From the NCBI GenBank assembly GCA_965204735.1, contig OZ242008.1, forward strand, positions 3,136,001-3,200,000: 64,000 nucleotides of DNA. The letters run 5' to 3'. The notes beneath the pieces were generated by a model, which made no database searches, was not told where the DNA came from, and saw nothing but the letters and a program-made list of their open reading frames with translations. Positions 57,811 through 64,000 of this stretch are shown in pieces. Source of the stretch: Longimicrobiales bacterium (GTDB lineage: Bacteria; Gemmatimonadota; Gemmatimonadetes; Longimicrobiales; Gaopeijiaceae). The translations under genes were made by a program, and so were the position numbers. How positions within the stretch are numbered: the first letter of the stretch is position 1; each line of letters starts with the position of its first letter.

Positions 57811-58491
57811 ATGAAGAGCACGCGACTCGCCGCCTTCTCCTCTCCCTTGGGCGTCTTCGCCCTGACCGTGGCGGCGCTCGCCGCCGCGACCGCTTCCGCA
57901 ACCGCCCAGAGCGCGCGGATGAACTTCTTCATCACCAGCGAGGGACCCGGCGACGGGGCCAACCTGGGAGGCCTCGAGGGCGCGGACGCCCACTGCGAGG
58001 CGCTGGCCTACGCCCAGGGCGCCGGCGGACTGGGGTGGAGGGCCTACCTGAGCACGATCGACGAAGACGGCTCCGCCGCCGTCCACGCCCGCAACCGGAT
58101 CGGCGACGGACCTTGGCACAACTACGCCGGCGTGCTGATCGCCGACGATGTGGACGAACTCCACTCCGACGCGGCCAACCTGGCCAAGGAGACGATCCTC
58201 ACCGAGAAGGGAGAGCCCGTGAACGGCCGGGGCGACGACCCGAACATGCACGACATCCTCACGGGGTCGAAGATGGACGGCACGGCGTTCACCGCGGAGG
58301 ACTACGACAACTGCGACAACTGGACCAGCAACGGCGAAGGGAGCGCCCGGGTCGGCCACCACGACCGGATCGGCGGCGGCCAGCACCCGACCTCGTGGAA
58401 CTCGGCCCACTCCTCCCGCGGCTGCAGCCAGCAGAACCTGCAGGGAACGGGCGGCAACGGCCTCTTCTACTGCTTCGCGCCCGCAGCATGA
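57811..58491 (+). CDS. Secreted lectin-like (endostatin/C-type-lectin-like fold) protein
   Basis: RBS GAAAGGA; FFITS..GANLGGLEGADAHC, WRAYLS, HDILTGS, C.NWTS, LFYCFA. Confidence 0.7.
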   Translation: MKSTRLAAFSSPLGVFALTVAALAAATASATAQSARMNFFITSEGPGDGANLGGLEGADAHCEALAYAQGAGGLGWRAYLSTIDEDGSAAVHARNRIGDGPWHNYAGVLIADDVDELHSDAANLAKETILTEKGEPVNGRGDDPNMHDILTGSKMDGTAFTAEDYDNCDNWTSNGEGSARVGHHDRIGGGQHPTSWNSAHSSRGCSQQNLQGTGGNGLFYCFAPAA

Positions 58492-59426
58492 GGGCGGTCC
58501 CTAGGCCGTGGGCGGGGCGCCGGACGAAGACGGGCAACCGGGCCAAGACGGGCAGCCGGACGAGGGCCGGTGACCGAGCCGCCGTCCTGAAGCGCCGGCC
58601 GTCGGGAGTCGCCGCGGGCGCCCTCGCCCTCTTCGCCGTCGGGTGCGCCGACGGGGAGCCGGCAGAGACGTCCGCGGGCGCCTTCCAGGCGGACGACGAC
58701 CCCCTCGTCTTCATCGAGGAGATGACCTGGACCGAGGTCCGAGCCGCCATCGACGGCGGCGCCACCACCGTCGTCCTTCCCACCGCAGGGACCGAGCAGA
58801 ACGGTCCCCACATGGTGACGGGAAAGCACCGCTACATCGTCGAGGAAGCGTCGAAGCGGATCGCCCGGGAGCTGGGAAACGCCCTGGTGGCGCCGACCGT
58901 CGCATACGTGCCCGAAGGGGACGTGGACCCGCCTTCCGGCCATATGCGCTACGCGGGAACGATCACCCTGCCCAACGAGCACTTCATGAAGCTGCTGGAG
59001 TACGCGGCCCGAAGCTTCCGGGCTCACGGCTTCACCGACATCGTCTTCATCGGCGACAGCGGCGGCAACCAGCGCGGGATGGAGACGGTCGCGGACGCCC
59101 TGAACCAGGAGTGGCAGCAGCAGGGCGCCCGGGTCCACTTCGTCGGCGACTACTACGCCGCCAACGGATTCCGGGAGTGGCTGACGGAGCAGGGTGAAAC
59201 GGAGGAGACGATTGGAAGGCATGCAGGGATCTCGGACACGTCGATCCTCCTGTACGTGGAGCCCCGGCACGTTCGCCTGGACCAGCTTGCGCCCGGCGGG
59301 GGGTTCGAGGGAAGCGGCGTCTCGGGCGACCCGACGCGGGCGTCCGCGGAGTTGGGCCGCGTGGGCATGGAAATGCGCGTGGCGGCGGCGGTCCGCCAGA
59401 TCCGGTCGATGGTCGGGGAGCGGTAG
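58488..59426 (+). CDS. Creatininase family protein, possible lipoprotein
   Basis: EEMTW, GTEQNGPH, DSGGN, HAG..DTS, GVSGDP; lipobox-like AVGC. Confidence 0.85.
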   Translation: MRAVPRPWAGRRTKTGNRAKTGSRTRAGDRAAVLKRRPSGVAAGALALFAVGCADGEPAETSAGAFQADDDPLVFIEEMTWTEVRAAIDGGATTVVLPTAGTEQNGPHMVTGKHRYIVEEASKRIARELGNALVAPTVAYVPEGDVDPPSGHMRYAGTITLPNEHFMKLLEYAARSFRAHGFTDIVFIGDSGGNQRGMETVADALNQEWQQQGARVHFVGDYYAANGFREWLTEQGETEETIGRHAGISDTSILLYVEPRHVRLDQLAPGGGFEGSGVSGDPTRASAELGRVGMEMRVAAAVRQIRSMVGER

Positions 59427-59570
59427 GGGCGAGGACCCTTTGCCCGGCCTGCCGGCGGCGGAGAGCGGAGAGCGCCGCCCTCCACGCCCGCGCCGTTCCC
59501 GAAGTGCGGGGCGCCGGCCGGCACGCTACATTGAAGCTGTCGTCGCACGCTTCTCCCACAGGACGCCCCC

Positions 59571-60713
59571 GTGAACCCCAGCCAGACCTGCGAAGACGAC
59601 GTCGCTCCCGCCGACCGCACGGCTCACGTGGCCTTCGAGAGCGTGGGCAAGAGCTACGACGGCGGCCGCACCATGGTCGTCAGCGACTTGAACCTGGAAG
59701 TGGCCAGGGGCGAGTTCCTGACCATGCTTGGCCCGTCCGGCTCCGGGAAGACGACCTGCCTCATGATGCTGGCGGGCTTCGAGACCCTCACGTCGGGCAC
59801 GATCCGCATCGGAGGCGACTCGGTGCACGATCTGCCGCCCCGGAAGCGGGGGATCGGGATGGTCTTCCAGAACTACGCGCTCTTCCCGCACATGACGGTG
59901 GGCCGCAACCTCGCGTTCCCGCTGGAAGTGAGAGGCCTGGACAAGGAGCGGCAGCGGGAGCGGGTCGAGCGGGTGCTGCGTCTGGTTCGACTGGAGGGGA
60001 TGGAGGGCCGGCAACCCGGTCAGCTCTCGGGCGGCCAGCAGCAGCGGGTCGCCATCGCCAGGGCCCTGGTCTTCGAACCGGACCTAGTGCTCATGGACGA
60101 GCCCCTGGGCGCCTTGGACCGCCGCCTGCGCGAGGAGATGCAGTACGAAATCCGCCGCATCCACCAGAGCCTGGGCGTGACGATGGTCTACGTGACCCAC
60201 GACCAGCAGGAAGCCATGGTGATGTCGGACCGGATCGCGGTGCTGCGGGGAGGCGACGTGGAGCAGATCGACGGCCCCGAGGCCCTGTACGAAGAGCCCA
60301 GGCGGTCCTTCGTGGCCCGGTTCATCGGCGAGAACAACCGGCTGCACGGCCGGGTCGCGGAGATCGACGGCGACATTTGCCACGTCGAAGTGGCCGGTCG
60401 CGTGGTGAAGGCGCTGCGGGTGGCGCCTTGCGGTCCGGGAGACGCCACCACCCTGTCGATCCGGCCCGAGCGGGTGGCCGTGCAGCCGACTCCGGGCCAG
60501 TACACCAACGAGCTGGACGCCGACATCCTGGACATGACCTTCCTGGGCGACCACCTGCGCCTTCGGCTCGACGTGTGCGGCAACACCGGCTTCATCGCCA
60601 AGATCCCCAACGTGGTGGGTCACGGCGCGGTGCTGGAGGGCGACCGGGTGCGGATCGGATGGACGCCGACGGACTGCCGCGCCCTGAACGCCGACGACGA
60701 GGCGGACGCGTGA
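59571..60713 (+). CDS. Polyamine-type ABC transporter ATP-binding subunit (PotA-like)
   Basis: [36 protein letters not shown]. Confidence 0.92.
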   Translation: MNPSQTCEDDVAPADRTAHVAFESVGKSYDGGRTMVVSDLNLEVARGEFLTMLGPSGSGKTTCLMMLAGFETLTSGTIRIGGDSVHDLPPRKRGIGMVFQNYALFPHMTVGRNLAFPLEVRGLDKERQRERVERVLRLVRLEGMEGRQPGQLSGGQQQRVAIARALVFEPDLVLMDEPLGALDRRLREEMQYEIRRIHQSLGVTMVYVTHDQQEAMVMSDRIAVLRGGDVEQIDGPEALYEEPRRSFVARFIGENNRLHGRVAEIDGDICHVEVAGRVVKALRVAPCGPGDATTLSIRPERVAVQPTPGQYTNELDADILDMTFLGDHLRLRLDVCGNTGFIAKIPNVVGHGAVLEGDRVRIGWTPTDCRALNADDEADA

Positions 60714-61882
60714 GTGCAGCCCGGGCGCGTCGGCGCGGAGCCGCGCAGGGCGGGCGCGGAGCCGCGCAAGGACGGGGACGGGGCCAGTCGGCGGCCCAGC
60801 GTCGTGCCTTCCTCGCCGGGGTCCTTGCCGTCGTGCCGTTCGTTGCGACGGTGCGTTCCGCCGCGCAGGAGCCAATCACCGTGGTGTCGTGGGGCGGCTC
60901 CTACGCCCGGGCATGCGTGCTGGGCTATCACGAGAGCTTCGTGGCGGAAACGGGCATCCCGATCAACTTGGAGGACTACAACGGCGGCTTGGCGCAGATC
61001 CGGGCGCAGGTCGAAGTCGGCGCCGTGCACTGGGACGTGGTGGACATGGACATCGACGAGGCAGTGCAGGGCTGCGACGAGGGACTGCTGGAGCCGCTGG
61101 ACCCGGACATCTTCGCGCCCGGCCCCGACGGCGCGCCGGCCACCGACGACTTCCGGCCGGGCACGTGGACCGAGTGCGGCGTGGGCACGTCTTCGGGCTC
61201 GTCGATCTACGCTTTCAGCGCCGAGACCTTCCCCGACGAGAGGCCGTCCACCATCGACGACTTCTTCGACTTGGAAAAGTTCCCGGGCCGCCGGAGCATG
61301 CGGCGAGTCCCCAACGACAACATGGAGTTCGCCCTGATGGCCGACGGCGTGGCGGTGGAAGACCTCTACGCCGTCCTCGAGACGCCGCAGGGCCGCGACC
61401 GGGCGTTCCGCAAGCTGGACGAGATCAAGGAACACGTGATCTGGTGGGAGGCGGGCGCCCAGCCGCCCCAAATGCTCGCCGACGGCGAAGTGGTCATGTC
61501 CACCGCATGGAACGGCCGAATCTTCAACGCCCAGGTGCTGGAGGGCCAGCCCCTGGAGATCGTGTGGGACGGCCAGATCAAGGGAGTCAACCAGCTGGTC
61601 GTGGTGGCGGGGACGCCGCGGCTCGAGAGTGCGCTGCGCTTCATCTCCTTCGCCACCCGTCCCGAATCCATGGCCGGGATCGCGGGCTACATCGCCTACA
61701 GCCCCGCGCGGCGGTCGGCCCAGGCCATGGTGTCGGTCCACCGCGAGACCGGCGTCGAGATGGCGTCCCACATGCCCACGAACGACCGTCCCGGACGGAG
61801 CCTGGAGAGGAACCACGAGTGGTGGAGCAACCACAAGGACGAGTTCAACGAGCGCTTCAGCGCATGGCTGGCCCGCCGGTGA
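60710..61882 (+). CDS. ABC substrate-binding protein (PotD/PotF-like) 1
   Basis: VVSWGGSY, WDVVD, DFFDLEKFPGRR, ALMADGV, WNGR; GTG overlaps the upstream stop. Confidence 0.88.
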   Translation: MSAARARRRGAAQGGRGAAQGRGRGQSAAQRRAFLAGVLAVVPFVATVRSAAQEPITVVSWGGSYARACVLGYHESFVAETGIPINLEDYNGGLAQIRAQVEVGAVHWDVVDMDIDEAVQGCDEGLLEPLDPDIFAPGPDGAPATDDFRPGTWTECGVGTSSGSSIYAFSAETFPDERPSTIDDFFDLEKFPGRRSMRRVPNDNMEFALMADGVAVEDLYAVLETPQGRDRAFRKLDEIKEHVIWWEAGAQPPQMLADGEVVMSTAWNGRIFNAQVLEGQPLEIVWDGQIKGVNQLVVVAGTPRLESALRFISFATRPESMAGIAGYIAYSPARRSAQAMVSVHRETGVEMASHMPTNDRPGRSLERNHEWWSNHKDEFNERFSAWLARR

Positions 61883-62982
61883 GGGTCCGCGTCCTCTCGG
61901 CCGCCTCGCTGGTTCTCGCGACGAGCGGCCTGGCCGCGTTCGTCGCTCCCTGCAACGCATCGGCGGCGGCTCAGCTCACCGTGGTCACCTGGGGCGGGTC
62001 CTACGGACGCGCTTCCGCCAAGGCGTGGTTCGAGCCGTTCGCCGCCGAGACCGGCATCGAGATCAACGTGGAGGACTACAGCGGCGGGCTGGCGCAGATC
62101 CGAGCGCAGGCCGACATCGGAAACGTGTACTGGGACGTCGTGGACATCGACTTGGCGGACGCGGTGCGGGGTTGCGACGACGGCCTGCTGGAGCCCGTCG
62201 ACGTTGCCGGGCTGGCGCCCGCCGAGGATGGGACGCCCGCCGAAGAGGACTTCGCGCCCGAAACGCTCACGGAGTGCGGCGTCGGCACCAACTTCTACTC
62301 GACGATCTACGCCTACGACTCCACCCGGTTCTCCGCCCAGATGCCGTCGACCATGGCCGACTTCTTCGACTTGGAGAAGTTTCCGGGCCGGCGGGGAATG
62401 AAGCGGTGGCCCAAGGACAACCTGGAACGGGCGCTCATCGCCGACGGAGTGCCCCTGGACCAGGTGTACGCCGCCCTGAGCACTCGCGAAGGCGTGCGAC
62501 GCGCCTTCCGCAAGCTGGACACGATCAAGGAGCACATCGTCTGGTGGGAGACCAGCGCCCAGGCGCCCCAGCTCCTGGCCGACGGGGAAGCAGTCATGAC
62601 CTCGGCCTACAACGGCCGCATCTTCAATGCGCAAGTGCTGGAGGACCAGCCGTTCCGGATCGTCTGGGACGGCCAGATACTGGACGTGGGCCAGTTCGTC
62701 GTAGTCGCCGGCACGCCGAACCTGGAGGCGGCCCGAAGGTTCGTCGCCTTCGCTTCGTCGCCCGTGCACATGGTCGGCATCGCCAAGTACATCTCGTACG
62801 GGCCGACTCGCGTGTCGGCCATGCCTCTGGTGGACACGCACCTGGAAACGGGGGTCGACATGAGGCCCCACATGCCCACCAACCCGGACAACTTGGCCCG
62901 GGGGCTCAAGAGCGACTGGCTGTGGTGGAGCGACAACGGCGACGAGATGAACGAGATCTTCGCGGCGTGGCTGGCCCGTTGA
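61879..62982 (+). CDS. ABC substrate-binding protein (PotD/PotF-like) 2
   Basis: Paralog of the preceding gene: VVTWGGSY, DFFDLEKFPGRR, YNGR. Confidence 0.88.
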   Translation: MRVRVLSAASLVLATSGLAAFVAPCNASAAAQLTVVTWGGSYGRASAKAWFEPFAAETGIEINVEDYSGGLAQIRAQADIGNVYWDVVDIDLADAVRGCDDGLLEPVDVAGLAPAEDGTPAEEDFAPETLTECGVGTNFYSTIYAYDSTRFSAQMPSTMADFFDLEKFPGRRGMKRWPKDNLERALIADGVPLDQVYAALSTREGVRRAFRKLDTIKEHIVWWETSAQAPQLLADGEAVMTSAYNGRIFNAQVLEDQPFRIVWDGQILDVGQFVVVAGTPNLEAARRFVAFASSPVHMVGIAKYISYGPTRVSAMPLVDTHLETGVDMRPHMPTNPDNLARGLKSDWLWWSDNGDEMNEIFAAWLAR

Positions 62983-63034
62983 GCAACTTGCTCGACGAGC
63001 GGGCGGCGAGCGGTCGAGCGGGCGGAAGGCGTTG

Positions 63035-64000
63035 ATGAGAGGAGTGCCGAAGCTTCGCGCCGGGCTGCTCGTGCTGCCGTTGCTGGCGTTCATCGTGATC
63101 ACCTTCATTGCGCCGTTGGCGACGATGCTGCTGCGCAGCGTCCACGATCCCGTGGTGGCCGACGCGCTGCCCGAGACGATGCAGGCGCTCCAGGGCTGGG
63201 ACGGCGAGGGACTCCCCGACGAAGCCGCCTACGAAGCCGTGGCTCGGGAGCTTGTGCAGGCGAACGAAGCCCGCTCTCTGGGCCAGATCGCCAGCCGGGT
63301 GAACCGCATCCGCTCGGGCTTGCGGAGCGTAGTCACGCGCACGGCCCGACGGATGCCCGAAGACGCGGCGCCGCCTTGGCGCGAGACGCTGACGGGCGTG
63401 CACGAGGCCTGGGGCGAAACCGAGACGTGGCACGCCATCCGCAGCGCCGGAGACCGGTACACGTCGCGCCACTACCTGAACGCCCTGGACCTGCAGCGCC
63501 TGCCCGACGGGTCCGTCGCCCGTCAGCCCGAGGAGCGGCGCATCTACGTGGCCCTGCTGTGGCGCACCCTGTGGATCAGCTTGGGGATCACCTTCCTGTG
63601 CCTCTTGCTGGGCTATCCGGTCGCCCACCTCATCGCCCACGCGCCTGCGCACAGGCAGCACCTCCTGCTGGCGCTGGTTCTCGTTCCCTTCTGGACGTCG
63701 CTGCTGGTGCGCACCACGTCGTGGATCGTCCTCCTCCAGACCCAGGGCGTGATCAACGACGTCCTGGTCGCCTTCGGGCTGATCGGCGACGACGGTCGGC
63801 TGGCCATGGTGTACAACATGACGGGCACCTTCGTCGCCATGACCCATGTCCTGCTGCCGTTCATGGTCCTTCCCCTCTACTCGGTGATGCGCTCCATCCC
63901 GCGACTGCACATGAGCGCCGCCGCGTCGCTTGGCGCAGGCCCGTTCCAGGCCTTTCGCAAGGTCTACTGGCCTCAAACGCTGCCCGGCGTGGGGGCCGGG
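63035..64000 (+). CDS. ABC permease (PotB-like), runs off window
   Basis: Manual translation: LLVLPLLAFIVITFIAP.., LLGYPVA, VPFWTSLLVRT, HVLLPFMVLPLY, AASLGA. Confidence 0.88.
   Translation, partial: MRGVPKLRAGLLVLPLLAFIVITFIAPLATMLLRSVHDPVVADALPETMQALQGWDGEGLPDEAAYEAVARELVQANEARSLGQIASRVNRIRSGLRSVVTRTARRMPEDAAPPWRETLTGVHEAWGETETWHAIRSAGDRYTSRHYLNALDLQRLPDGSVARQPEERRIYVALLWRTLWISLGITFLCLLLGYPVAHLIAHAPAHRQHLLLALVLVPFWTSLLVRTTSWIVLLQTQGVINDVLVAFGLIGDDGRLAMVYNMTGTFVAMTHVLLPFMVLPLYSVMRSIPRLHMSAAASLGAGPFQAFRKVYWPQTLPGVGAG

Overview
High-GC bacterial chromosomal window. The gene content (many secreted beta-propeller, NHL and LVIVD proteins, a TonB receptor, an M20 peptidase) looks Gemmatimonadota-like and possibly host-associated; this is inference only. 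Left part: a secreted-protein cluster (vWA, LVIVD, YVTN propeller, deacetylase, multicopper oxidase), an AAA-ATPase/nuclease, a GltD-like/2-oxoacid:ferredoxin oxidoreductase operon, a single-chain type IIG-like restriction-modification gene, and a cobalamin riboswitch-btuB unit followed by an oxalate-CoA ligase/PanE2-like pair. The centre (about 26.1-39.0 kb) is the most unusual region: a heavily rearranged tandem array of Rpn/YhgA-like PD-(D/E)XK nuclease genes. It holds four intact genes of two N-terminal lineages sharing one C-terminal module, many deleted relics, candidate nested small-protein starts, orphan alternative C-terminal cassettes, duplicated quinone-oxidoreductase relics, ISNCY-like scars and a decayed IS21-family element. 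Right part: a compositionally mosaic 1.3-kaa surface lipoprotein with a sigma54-type promoter, fbp, a third Rpn lineage relic, a DUF4062 fusion, hydrolases, a repeat coiled-coil gene, NHL/HupE/lectin-like genes, creatininase and a polyamine-type ABC transporter. I saw no rRNA, tRNA, CRISPR array or reverse transcriptase. All family assignments come from motifs read by eye, not database searches.
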